This document shows positions 12,529 to 25,855 of a stretch of 64,000 nt of DNA, piece by piece. Position 1 is the stretch's first letter, and every line of letters begins with the position of its first letter. Where the stretch lies: NCBI GenBank assembly GCA_977016875.1, contig CDRNST010000054.1, forward strand, positions 930,001-994,000, in the 5' to 3' direction. Position numbers and translations under genes: made by a program. The notes under the pieces are model-generated. The model made no database searches and was not told where the DNA came from. It saw only the letters and a program-made list of their open reading frames with translations. The DNA comes from Pavona decussata (Eukaryota).

Positions 12529-14034
12529 TAAAATACTCAAAAGAATTTTATAAAATAATAATAAAATTTTAATATTATTGAAGGGCTCAGGGTAAAAGTG
12601 TCCTAGTTGACTTTTCAGGAAACAAATGATATTTTGTAACAATTTTTCCTTTAGGAGAGGGGGGGGGGGGGGGGTAAGCAACTGTTTTAGCCCTTTGAAC
12701 ATATATTGTATATTTCTCATTAGTGATTCCCATATATCTCTTGTGATACTAGTTGAAAGAGTTTGTTTGAATATCAAGACATTTGTCTTATTTGATCGTT
12801 TATTTTGTTCTCATAACTAGTGCGTCTGTATGACCAGGTAGACATATTGTAAAGGGACATTAGATGCTGGATAGTATTGGTTACTACTAGTAATAATTAT
12901 TATTAGAGATGAAAGCTGAAAAGTTGATATGACAATCTTAACCCTGAGCCCTCCAATTACAGATAAAAATGTATGCAAATGTGTATTTTGTGTTGCAAGC
13001 AAATTTCCAGCTAGTTTTATTAGCTACAACTGCACTTGAGGCTTTGTTTGCAATTACAATTTTAAGCTTTCTATAAAATGATTATTTTATTAAAATAATA
13101 TAACAGTTTCGTTTTTTTAGGCAAATGAAAATGCAAAAAAAATTAAATAAATAAATAAACCTAGGTCCATTTGTTTGAGTTTTTTATTAAATTAACCTAC
13201 ATGTACAGTTGCACATGTCTGACAATTCTGGTAAGGTAAAGATGTAAATTTTGAGAAATGTTCATATTTCGTAGCACAAAAATTAGACGTACATAGCCTT
13301 GGATTTTGTCAATGCATCTGTACACTCTACTTCTCAATCCATACTTGTTTTTGCTCTGTTTTGCTTTGACTGGCGGGATGAAAGAGTGATGTTGCAATTG
13401 AGTTTGTATAGTCATCTGTAAAGTTCAAATTCCTACGTTACTAAGCACTTATTATAGGATAGTTTAAGAAGTAGCATCTGAGTGTTTTTCCATAAGTTAG
13501 TGTTTGGGAGTTAGAAATAAGCTTAAATACGGTACACAATAGCAATATTAGTTTTGTATTAGTCAGTGATATAAAGAGGATTTCGGGTTGGGGGGAAGGG
13601 GTCCGTAAAGGCCAAAAAAATGTACAGGAAAGTATTAGACTAAACTGGAATTTTCAGAGGGGTAGGGTGATCTTGGAGATATTCCTTCCTTGGGGGAGGA
13701 TGGATGTTATCTGGAACTATACATTATAGAACAAAGTTCAATATGCACACTCTATGAGCAGAGCCCCTCTTGACTCCCCAGTGAATGGACAGGAGAGTGT
13801 AGAAAGGCTTTGCTAACAGTGTGTAGGATCTGGTGTTTTGCCAAACCAGTTTCAGAGTTTATATATAATTTACATATAAACTGATCAATAAATTTGTTTT
13901 TGCTTCAAAAATATGTAGAATTGTAAACGCTATTTATGTATCATTTGGGACGCTATTGACAGTCTTGCAGTCCTTATTACAGTTATTATTTAAATTGATG
14001 GTCGATTGGAAGTCTTAGGTCCTTTAAAGGCCTG

Positions 14035-14276
14035 GGCCCGGTTGTTCGAAAGGCAATTAACCCTAATTCACGATTAAAAGTTAATGGATGGTTTTATCTC
14101 GCTCGTTAAAAATAGTTTTAAAGGCTAATTTCAAGCTAACAGTAAAGAAAAGTCTACGTCAAAACTGAGCTACTATAATCTTTTGGAAAAATCTTTATTA
14201 ATAATTAGTAATTAAACTCGAATTAAAGTTTACGTTAACCCATAATTAGCTTAATCGGTATTTGAACAACTGCGCC
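14035..14276. mobile_element. PIF/Harbinger-type MITE
   Basis: CTG|GGCCCGGTTGTTCGAA ... TTGAACAACTGCGCC|CTG: 3-bp CWG duplication. Confidence 0.8.
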
Positions 14277-14901
14277 CTGGACGATGTTGCATGCAGTTTC
14301 TGAATACGCTACCTCAGACTATGTAGCTATTGTTGGGGTAAATACACCACAACTGTATTTACCTGTAGTGTTGCACCACGAACTGTGCCTTATCTTTTGT
14401 AAGAATTTGGAACAAATTGTAAAATAAGCAGCAATTAATATATAGTGTTTCAGCGTACGTAGTTTAATAGGAAAGCTTGGTGCGGTAAACTTTTGAGTAA
14501 CGCATTGTGCGGCGGGCTAACGTTGGCTTCAGATTTCTTGAGAATTGGATTCTCTGTTGAAAGTATGCCCATATCAGGGTGTCTTTTGTCAATACAATAA
14601 CCTGAATAAAGACTAAAACAGTGCTTGCGTGAACAATAGTAACAAAAATCTGATTTGGAATGAACAAACATTTGAAACACTCCTAGCATGGATACTTCAA
14701 ATTGGCCCCAAGCTTATTGACGCTGATTCTCGTTTTAAAAATATTCTTGCTTAATGTTGTAGTAAGATTTTAAGGCCGAATTAATAAAAAAAGATAAGCA
14801 GTTAAATAAGTCTTGTGATTTTACGCAAAAAATATAGTTGATACAAGGGCAGCGGCAACGCTTTATAAAGGGTTGGCGACGTTGAAATGCCATGGGGTGA
14901 C

Positions 14902-15085
14902 GGTCGTTTTTGTACTAGAGGACGCATTATCCATCTGGACGAATTTGGGCAAACATTCGTTCGTCATGTTAAGTTCGCCCAGACGGATGATGCGTCTTGT
15001 GCCCGTCTTTATACTACAGACGAACAACCAATGTTTGCCCAAGTTCATCCAGACGGATAATGCATCCTCTAGTATAAAAACGACC
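14902..15085. repeat. Fold-back (palindromic) MITE-like element
   Basis: The arm at 14902-14965 is the imperfect reverse complement of the arm at 15019-15085. Confidence 0.8.
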
Positions 15086-16580
15086 AACAAACCATCGCCA
15101 GATGAACCAGAGTACTGGGCACACACAATTTCCAATTTATTTTGCGCATTAACTGATCAATGGATCTTTAAATAAATTTGCGGTTGTAAAACCCGGGAAA
15201 TGGGCAATTATATTTGATAGACTGTTAGGACAAAGTTTTGAAATCCTTGATGTGGTCGCGAATTCAGCAGTGATTTCGGAAAGGAGAGGAACTTTCAACT
15301 GTTTATAGTGACTCTTCTTTACTCTCTATAAGACTTACACGAGGTCAGTTCACTCTGCTTTACACTCAATTCTGCGCTAAACTAGACATATCACCCATTT
15401 TTACACTGAGTAGTCAACCACCTGCTCAACATAAATTAAAGCTTATGTAATCCTTCTGTGATTGGCTATACAGGGAGCTTATTTGCATCCATGCCTTCGA
15501 TCTGTTAGCTGAGCCTAAGACATTTTCTTAGTGAGAATTCACCGTAAAGCTTGGGTTGTCCAGTTAATACAACACAGGGTAACCGATACAAAAAAATACC
15601 AAAGTAAGGTTTCACAAAAATATTCTGAAAAACACTAAGAGTTGTTGTTTAAAAATTGTACAAGTAGTCGATTCGTTGAAGGTGTTAGCCTTCCTCATGG
15701 AAGAAGATTGGCTTAACTTTTCCATAAATTAAGTGAGTACGTGGTCATCAAAATCTAGAGCTCAAATTATATATTCAGCATGTGGTTGATAGCAGAATTA
15801 CAACAATGAATATTTATCTTCTTAATCACCTGAAAATCGTAGTATTTACTTTCAAAAACACCTTTAAAGTACAGATATTGTTATTTGGATATCTTCATTT
15901 TTAAAATGAACATCAACTACCATGAATTCGGTAAAAGAACCCAAGAAAAGCAACTAAAATTGATTAAAAATAAGAGCAATAGTTACTTCCTGGAAAGGAC
16001 CGACGAAAGGTCAAGTTGAGTAAAAACTCATCAAAGTAAGGTAAACAAGGTGTTATCATTTGTAGGAAAACTAATTGTCCTAATTTAAACATGTCTTTGT
16101 GGTTGAAAGGTTTCTGCGGAAACAAACGGCCGCTCATACTGAATTCATGACAAGAGAATTTATATGTTAATCACACATTAAGAACAACTAAGTTGAACTA
16201 CAAGGTGACACTAGAAATTGATTAGTATTATCTCTAGAGAGCTGCGTAACGAGGGAAATGAGTCAACTGGTCTTTTTCTCTGATATTTTCCAAACCGAAA
16301 TATAATTTGTAATAAGTCCCAACACCAAATATAGAGATGTAAAATTCCTTTAACTATTTTAACCCAAAATAATTGCGCTGTAAATACTTTTCGTCACTAA
16401 CAATTGTTATCATGTAACATTTAATACTCTACAGAAAGTAATATTGATTATCTTGGCTGCAGATGGCAAGGATTAAAATGGTTTCGAACTTAATTTTTTC
16501 AGGTTCTTGCCATGTGCATTGCATTGGAAAAATCGCATAAAATGTATTATGGTGTGTTAGTGTAATATATAATCTCTGTA

Positions 16581-17444
16581 CAGTTAAACCTGTATATAAC
16601 GGCCCTGTATATAGCGGTCACCCTGTGTATAACGGTCACTGAACAACTTCCCAAAAATCGTCCCTTATATGTCCTGTTAAGTTAACCTGCATATAGCGGT
16701 CACCTGTATATAACGGACGCGGTCACCCTTTAGGCTTCCTGAATGCACAATTTCATTATCTTCTACCTGTATATAACGGTCACGTAATTGGGTTATGATT
16801 AACGAATAATGACATGCTTTATTCATCAAGCCACCAAGGCAAGGGCCTCACAAAAATACAAATATTAGTACTGAACACAACTACTAATACATGTCATCGC
16901 CTACGTTCGACACATGCTTGCCGCAGATAACATTAAAGTGCTATAGTTACTGTAACTGTAACAACACAACCGTACCACACTGTTTTCACTTTCGTCATAG
17001 TTCCCTGATTATAACCGTGTACTGTACTTATCAAGTTGACAGCCGCGGTTTTTCACTGAAAGTATACTGCACCTTCCTTAAAGTACACCACGGACATTTT
17101 ATGGCCATTTTTGTCGTATTTTTTTTTTCTGTTGAAAATTGTTGTCAATAAATGTAAATTGAGTGATCCACTTAAAAACGTTGTTCATTAGCTTCCAGTA
17201 GACGTTTACTGCACCTCCCTAAAAGTACACCACGGACATTTTATCGGCCTTTTTTATCGTGATTATTGCGTTGCTGTTACTCGTTATTGTCAATTAAACG
17301 TAAATTAAGTGATTATTTGCATATAAAAATGCTATTTATTGACTTCTGGGGGAGTTTAAAGGAAACCTGTGTACAGCGGTCACCCTGCATATAACGGTCA
17401 TCTGGCCATTTCCCAAGGGTGACCGTTATATACAGGTTTGACTG
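16581..17444. mobile_element. Tc1/mariner (pogo/Tigger-type) MITE
   Basis: TA|CAGTTAAACCTGTATATAACGG ... CCGTTATATACAGGTTTGACTG|TA, with repeated TATAACGGTCAC motifs and an internal direct duplication (AAAGTACACCACGGACATTTT twice). Confidence 0.85.
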
Positions 17445-18063
17445 TACTTTTCATTTCTTTTAACCTTTAAACTCTAAACTGAAAAGCAGGGGCCAGATTC
17501 AGCCCCCTAAATTAAGATGCATCCTTTAAGGTGGCCGGGTAAACGTGAATTTGAATGGAATTTTAAGAGGTTTAAAGAAGGGATAAAAGAAAGAAAATGA
17601 TTTTTGGAACACTAACAGACAGTTGATACCCACGCAAGAGCATCCCAGATTGCTAGTGGACTAACTTGGTTTCCGTCTATTAATTATTAACTACAAATTC
17701 TAATTTTAAAACTTCACTAAATCTTCAATATTTCTTATTTCTCTTAATTTTACCAATCCTTCTAGAAAAAACTATCTCCCCCCAAATATACCCAAAAATC
17801 ACCCAAAAATTCACAAAACACCCCACAACATAGATTCACGGGATGAGCAGAGAGTTTTTGGATTGCTTGAAACGTGAACGAGCTGATATTTCCAATTTTA
17901 AGCGGCGTGATAAAGGCTTTCAGATTTACCCCCGCCTCAAGTGCTGTTTCTTAACAATAACCTATTGTTAAGAAGGCTCCATGAATTCGACACCAAGGAT
18001 TCTTGATACCAATTACTAGCATGTTCGCTGTTACAAAAAAAATGTTCGCTGTTACGCTGTAGT

Positions 18064-18107
18064 TAATAAATAAATTAATAAATAAATAAATAAATAAATA
18101 AATAAAT
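18064..18107. repeat. (AAAT)n microsatellite
   Basis: Direct reading of the sequence. Confidence 0.9.
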
Positions 18108-19334
18108 ATCTTCTTTCTAATAGTTGTTTGATTTTTTAACCACTTGATGACAATAACATGAGCTGCTACTTTTTAAGTTAAACTTTCGATAATCTTATTC
18201 CATCCTTACAAAAATATGTCAACTATCACGCTTAAAGGCTGTCTTTTGCACCCTCTACATCTAGTACTGTTACCTTTTCGTACAATAAACAGATTGTTTA
18301 GACTGGATAAAGCATCTAAATTAGTAAATGACTGTATATCTATACTTTGTATAAACCAGTAAACTAAATCTTTTAAATATACACCAAATAAATGATCTAG
18401 TTATCTCCTCATTCAGTTTCAGCCTTAATAACAACGTACTTCACCTTATTTTGATGACTTCTGTATAAAGAACTGTCAAATGCTCTGCGTCTTTAAAAAT
18501 CGTTAAAACGAAAATCAAGCAATTTATATTGCAAAAGTGATACTGACATAGATCTTATTTTTGAAATTGATTAGTTAGCTTAAAATTAGCATAACACTAT
18601 CTGCACTGGTTAATAATTTTTGTATATAATTCCAGTCTCCCAAGTGTAGATTGTAACAACATAATATACTTGCTGTATTATTTCAATATGGGAAATAAAG
18701 TCATTCATTTGTTTTCTAAAAATTTGCAGTCAATCAAGGCAGTTATCTTAGCGTTAGTCTGAAAACTATGCATAGAAATGACGCTTCGATAATTTATGAA
18801 AAGAATTTGTTGCGGGGATTAGTTTTCAGAAACATAAAATATTGACCGTGTATTCTAAAGTAAATATTAGTTTTCCAAGTGATTGTCAACTTTTTTTTAA
18901 TTAATCCAGAGGCTCTCATGAAAAAGGATTTCATCTGGAGGAATAAGTTTGATCCGAAAGGAAACCCTGTAAAATTAAATACAGCAAAATACGTGTAAAA
19001 TACAAGTAGATTGTACCGGAGATATTGCGGAAGGCACTCAATGATATTAATGTGTCAACCGGAGACCTATTGGTTGTCTAAACAAAGATTTCTTAAGTTT
19101 TAATGGTGGGCAAATCTTAATAACTGAAAGAATGTTTGTAAACAGATATCTTTCCTATACTGAAAAGTAACAATTTCTAGAACAAAGTGTTTTTCGTTTG
19201 TTTGCGTACTGAGCTTTATGGCTGGTTCAAATAAGCACCTGCAAAGTTTGAACTTTTCGGACGTTTTCTTGGGACTTACTGGCTTGATATGCTTAACAAT
19301 ATTTTTTCAAACGTCAATCAGTGATGTACTCAGT

Positions 19335-19853
19335 ATAGGCCATATCACGGTTTTCGACGCCATTTTGACGAGTAGGCAAACAGGCTCAAAATAACAGTGT
19401 TTGTATGGAAATCCCATGTCAAATAATTTTCATAAAACATCGCTTCTGAAAAATTCATGAATTGGAAACTTTTGGCACTAGGAAAAGGATTATAAGAAAA
19501 AATTTGGAGGGATGTAGCTGTGCCGGACAGCGTCCAGTTGTGTTTTGAACTTTCCATACATTTCCCTGTATTTTTTTCCCGCGAGCTATTTGTAGAGCAG
19601 TTCACGGCTGGTTAGCTAACAGACAAATGTATGGAAAGTTCAAAACACGACCGGACGCTTTCTGGCACAGCTACATCCCTCCAATTATTTTCTTAAAATC
19701 CTTTTCCTATTTCCAAAAGTTTCCAATTCATGAATTTTTCAGAAGCGGTGTTTTATGAAAATTATTTGACATCGGATTTCCATACAAACACTGTTATTTC
19801 GAGGCTGTTTGCCTACTCGTTAAAATGGCGTCGAAAACCGTGATAAGGCCTAT
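19335..19853. mobile_element. Long fold-back MITE (~230-bp arms, ~60-bp spacer)
   Basis: 19335-19563 (ATAGGCCATATCACGGTTTTCGACGCC...) is the near-perfect reverse complement of 19625-19853 (...GGCGTCGAAAACCGTGATAAGGCCTAT). Confidence 0.9.
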
Positions 19854-20134
19854 TCTATCCGAGAAAAGTAGCGACCGCCTGGTGGAGATATTTCATGTAC
19901 TTTAAATGAAGTAATTCCCGTTTCAAGTGAACGTGCTGCGTGTATCCGATATTTGCCAGCGTGTTTTCGTGGTTTTACAGTCACTTTAAAAGACATACTG
20001 ATATTAGCTTCGATTAATTGTCACAGATGAATTGTTCAATATGTTTTAAAGGTAACGTGAAATATCTTTTGCATTGTCGCTGTCGGAGAAGAACGTAGAT
20101 TTTCCTGTGGTTCAGTCTTCTAATCGAGCTCAAC

Positions 20135-23100
20135 ATGAAAGCGTACTTTGCATGGACAGTGGGTGGACATTTGCTTTCTATGTTTTGGTTTCTTGTCGTT
20201 TTTCAGCCTGGATGGAGTAAATATTACCAGTCAATTCAATGGACACCGCAAAACCCTAAGTAAGTTACTGTCTTCAATTTATAATTAAGCTAATACTATA
20301 AACCGTTCACTTCGAATCAGCAGCTCATTTCGGCATAGATTTCATCCGCAGACTCCAAACTTTAAGTACTAGGAAGAAGCTAGGGGCCATTGGAAAGTTT
20401 TACTTTCATGTGATAGGATTTCATCCATCTGAAGAGTCGAGGCAAGAGAAGAAAAGAACTGGAATGCATGATTCTAGAATGAAATCAATGGCCATAACCC
20501 ACTATAGCTATAATTAAGTCTTAAATATGCTACTCCCAGGTGGAGTACTCTTGGGAAGGTACAAAGTATTGTTTTAAAGACGCCCTGTTTATATTTTCAT
20601 GGGTACTTATCTTCGGTGTGTAAGATAACTCGAGGATAGGTATTTTCCATACCTTGGCATGTAAGATAACTCTGGCATGCACTTTGTCATGCCAGCCTAG
20701 GCCGTGGCAGGGGGGGGGGGGGGGGGTTGGGTTACTCCCATAATTTTTAGCTGGCAGTGTGCCGCTGGGACTCTGAGAAACTTAACCTATACTAGACCAT
20801 GTTAACCTTTATTTTGCAGCCCTATTCTAGAGCATACACTGAAAATCCCTACCTCATCCTAGGCATCGTACTACCCACAGTGCAGATTTTTAATTAAAAT
20901 GTGATTTATCAGGACACTTTCTCAGACTAAACATTCACATTCAACTCCATGGACACTTGAACAAAATCAATGTTCTTACTAATATACAGTTGATGTTCGG
21001 TTTCCAAACAAGATGCTTGACTGTATAGGTATACCTCAATGCTTTCAAGTTTTGCTGTTGAAATACTAAATATATGCAATATGGATCAAGGTATTACTCT
21101 GTGGAGCTGTTTTCTTGAACTTGACAAAAGCATTTGATTTCATGTTAACCATGCCACACAATGCTACTCAATAAGCTTTCGGCCAGGGTGTTGTTTGGTT
21201 CAAGTCACATCTGTCAAATCAGTATCTGTGGACATGTTGTGGACCAGTTATGTCCAACACTCTCCTATGTAATTTGGGAGTTCCACAGGGCAGCATTCTA
21301 CTAGGCCTGCTCCTCTTCATTACTAAACATAAATGATCTGCCCAATATTCTTTACCATGTTTATGTCTCTCTCTATGCTGATGGCACTGTTTTATATTAG
21401 TTCTCCACTGCTGTTAAGTGAGTTGGAATAACAACTTAATTCAGATGTTGCACGTAATTTGTGATTGTCCCTACTTACCGCTCTTTTACTTAACAAAACT
21501 TGAAACTTTGTTGTAAAGGAAACCGCAATTCTGCCTTGTCTTGATGTGCCAAATGATGTGATCACCCTGTGAGACATACATTGTGATTGGTTTCTAATAA
21601 TTTATTATTGGATGTAGCAAAAATGTTAAAAGTTCATTAAAGAATGGTATTAATCATAGTGCTCTGCACCAGAGGGTTTTTCTTGTGGCTTCCCCTCCGG
21701 CCAATCCCAAATCGTTGCGGCACATGAGAAAAAACTTTAAGGTACCCAAGGCAACAATGTCATCTGAGGACTAGTTGTGGAATATATTGTGGAACATACA
21801 TGTAACATCACCTTTATATTTGTTAATATTCAGTGCTCAACATATATACAGTAATAATTTGTGCATCATTCATTCATTCATTCATTCATCTTTTATTTGC
21901 CCCAATCTTTATACAATCAATAGGTTTTCTACATTGTACATATATATTGTTGGCAGGAGATCCCAGCAAGTTTTTGCAAACTTTTCTTTAGGGGATCCCC
22001 TATTTCTTAATATTTTCTATTGTTATATAATTTGATAGCTGTCAAATATATATACGTACCTAATTAACATTAAGATTAATATTAGGATTATAGTAGTAAA
22101 AGATTCTGATGGCGATGTCGGTAATTTAAACTTTATGTACTGATGTCTGAGCAATAGATCTGCTTCACTTTCCGCTTAAATGAAAAGTAGGATTTAGCAT
22201 CTTTCACCTCATCAGGGAGATTATTCCACAATTTAGCACCTCTAGCTTTCAGAGAGAATTTTCCATAATTTGTTCTAGTATACCGCATATGTAACTTTGC
22301 TGAAGATCTTGTATTATACTGATGAAATTGTTTGTTTTGTACAAAATAGCTTTTAAAAGTATTTGGTAACATGTCTGCTCTTTGTGAGTACATAAAAAGA
22401 CTAGTTAGAAAAGTATTAAGCTGGAATATGTCTAGTATTTTTAGTTGTTTGAACAATGCAGTAGTTGAGTCTTGGTATCTTGAGAAAGTCATGAGACGAA
22501 TAATTTTTTTCTGTACCTTGTGAAGACATTTTAATGTGGATGCATAATTACTACCCCATACAATATTACAATAGGTAAAATAAGGATATATCATTGTGAA
22601 GTAAACATTTTTTAAAGTAATTTTGTTTACATAGTGTCTTAATTTGGCTATAATACCAGACAATTTTGATGTCTTATTACTTAAGTAGTTAATGTGATTT
22701 TTCCAAGTCATTTTATTTATTATTACTTTTAAGCTATTAAATTTATTTCTGTACTTTTTATATTTCTGTTCATTAAAAATTGATGGACTTTTAAGATATC
22801 TTTTATAAAGAATATTTTTCTTTTTCCTAGATATAAGGAATCCTTTCGTAATCCATGGCTTCTTTTTATGGTTTATTTTGTTTAGTGTTACTTTCTTGGT
22901 GGGTAGATGAGTGTCATATATCTCTTTAAATTGTTCCATAAAATTATCGTATGCTTCTTGAGGATTTTCTAGGTTTGTTATTTTCTCCCAGTTAGTTTTA
23001 GCTAATTCATCTTTTAATTTTTTCAAAGTTTTTTTATTAATGATTCGTATATTTTGTTCTATCGGGTCATGTTTTGTATCTAGTTTATCCATTGTTATAT

Positions 23101-25667
23101 AGAATATAAGAAGATGGTCTGATAGATCGGATATCAAGATGCCTCTTTTACTGTTTTATTTGGACTATTTATAAATATGTTATCTATTAAGGTAGCTGAT
23201 TTGTCAGTAATTCTTGTGGGTTTTGTTATTGAAGGAAAAAATGACTATGCATACATTAGGTTTATAAAGTCGTTTATAAAAACATCATCATTAAATTTTA
23301 ATATATCAAGGTTATAGTCACCCATTAAGTAAGTTTCCTTTCCTTCGTTATTAAGGCATTCCAGAGTTTTGGTTAGGTTTTCTTCAAATTTGTTAAATGT
23401 GTTATTGGGAGGTCGATAGATAACTCCAACAATTTTGCTTTTCTTCCCTTTGAACCTTAACTCGATAAACAATGACTCGAATATTTCTTCGTCAAATGTA
23501 CTTAAGTCATCTCTGGCAAGGAGAACAGCGTTATTTTAGAACTGTATTGAACGTGATTCGGTTCATATGATATCTCATGCCCCTTTCAAATATTGTTTAA
23601 TAAAATAATTTATTGTTGATTTTCATTGACAAGTGGACAATAACATGCCTGGACTGAGCTTGTTGGTTTTTTTCCTTTTTTGTTAACTTGCTCCAAACAT
23701 GTTTCTCAGGGTGAGAACCAACATTTTAGAGTAAAGTTCTACAGTTGAGAGAAGCACAGGATTTAACAGTGTTTATGCATTTGATGGTTTTCAGCAATGG
23801 ATGAACTGAGAACAAGTGATAATGTCTTGAATGTTAAATCATGGTCCTTATTTAATCTGTTATTCTTTCAAGGTTCCAATTTACAAAGAAGCAAATCCAA
23901 GATAGTAAAGCTTATTATCGATTGCCTGTGCTTCCAAACGATAGGGTAGCATTTGTCTGCCCCAACCCATCAACTTACCTGAATGATGTCCAACACCCAG
24001 TCCCTAAAAATGTCAAACTTTATGAGAACATATGGTACGTGGACAAGGAAAGTTTTCAAGCTTGTGAAGTTGGAAGCCTCAAAGGGAAAGGAATCAACCA
24101 GAAATGGCTGGATTGTGACACTCCTTCAGTACTTAAATATGACTGGCTTGCATTTGTTTCTTTCAATCCCACAAATGCTTTGTCACTTCAGCCTGGCACT
24201 GAGCATTATTTCATTGGTAAGTTGAATGATTCTTGCTCAAAGCAGTTTGCTGTTTTCATGGATGCGCTTCAAGCTGCACCCACTTTGGTTTTAAAATACT
24301 GTGGTGAACAAAATAGAAAAAAGAAACCTGCAACTAATTGTATTTTTTCAGTCAGTGTCACAAATATACTTGGATAAAGGAAATTCAATTTGTCATGTTC
24401 AGGTGACTTATTTGGCAAGTGTTCCATCGGTGAAGTCGTGTAGTGCTAAACAATTTCTAAAAGAAATTTTAGATAGAAAATGAATAAGATTTGACAGTAC
24501 ACATGTATGCGCCCACAAAAATGTTTATTAAGTTCTTTTCCTCTGGGGGTATGAAGACTTGAAGAATAGCAAAATTAATATGTTTGTGAATGAGCACAGT
24601 AATGGTACATGTTGAGCAGCCTTAACATCATGCTTATGATAGAAGAGGGAGAAGCTAGACTGGGCCAGCAGTTGTTTCCATCATCAAAATGTAACATGCA
24701 CAATGCATAGCTGTACACAATAAAGTTAACATACATGTAGTTATAGCAAAGCTGCACAATCCAGTTCAGTGCACATAAGCAAACATTATAGTATTGTTAA
24801 GCATGTCTATTTTTCCCAGTAATCTTCAGGGTTTTCATCATCCATTTGTACTGGCAATGTTATGCAAGAATGGAATGCTTTTAAGCAATACTTTTGTTAG
24901 TGACTTTTTTGTATAGGTAATCACATGATTTCGAGTTCAATTTGGGATAAATCAGCATGAGTAAATCTTTTTGTAGTCTTTGAAAAATTTACAAGTGCTG
25001 ATTTATCCCAAATTGCACTCGAAATCATGTGATTACTTTTTAATAATATATATGCAAAAATTTGACTCTGTTTTCCTCTTATCATGTTTATTTCGTGTCA
25101 CGGCTCACTGCTCCCGCCTACATTAACGTTATTGGTTAAAAAATGACAACCTTGATTGACATGCTAGCACTTGTGGAAACTTACAGACCAAAAATATCCT
25201 CTCAATCGACAAAGATCAAGTTCTCGAAGCATTTATCATTCTAAAGTGTTTACATTTTATGGACCTCAAGGAGAAAAGAGGTGTGAAAAGAAGTCAAAAC
25301 TTGTTTATTTAAAGAAGTCAACTTGTTATTGTTTGTTGTCGAATTTAATTGAGGTGAAATAGATCAACATTTTCTAAACTTGAAGCTTTTCGAACTTATG
25401 AATTAGTGAGAAATACTGTCCTCGCCAGGGGATGTGGCTGACTGTGGCTTTGCGGGAGCTGCTGTGTTTCCCATGTTGAAAGTGACTTGACATTAGTGGA
25501 AATGGTTTATGTTCATGAAACTGATGCTGATCCTGATTCTAGCCAGAGATATAACTTGGCATATGAAACGTTGCAAAAACTGCTTGGTTGAAGTTGTTTC
25601 CACGTTGAGCCGACTGAGGGTCTGGCAAGAACGGGTTGAAAATATTGCTGGAGCTGCTGGTGTTACT

Positions 25668-25717
<50 letters not shown>

Positions 25718-25824
25718 GAGATACTCGGGTTTCCTATGGGTGGTGCCTACTAATACAGGAATATTTTTGCGCGGTTTAAAACTATACGGAGAAAGCAGAA
25801 CTTACCAAATGCTTTTGGTATCTC

Positions 25825-25855
<31 letters not shown>

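Noticed and set aside
14863-15175. Two similar ORFs on opposite strands
   Set aside because: Artefact of the inverted repeat.
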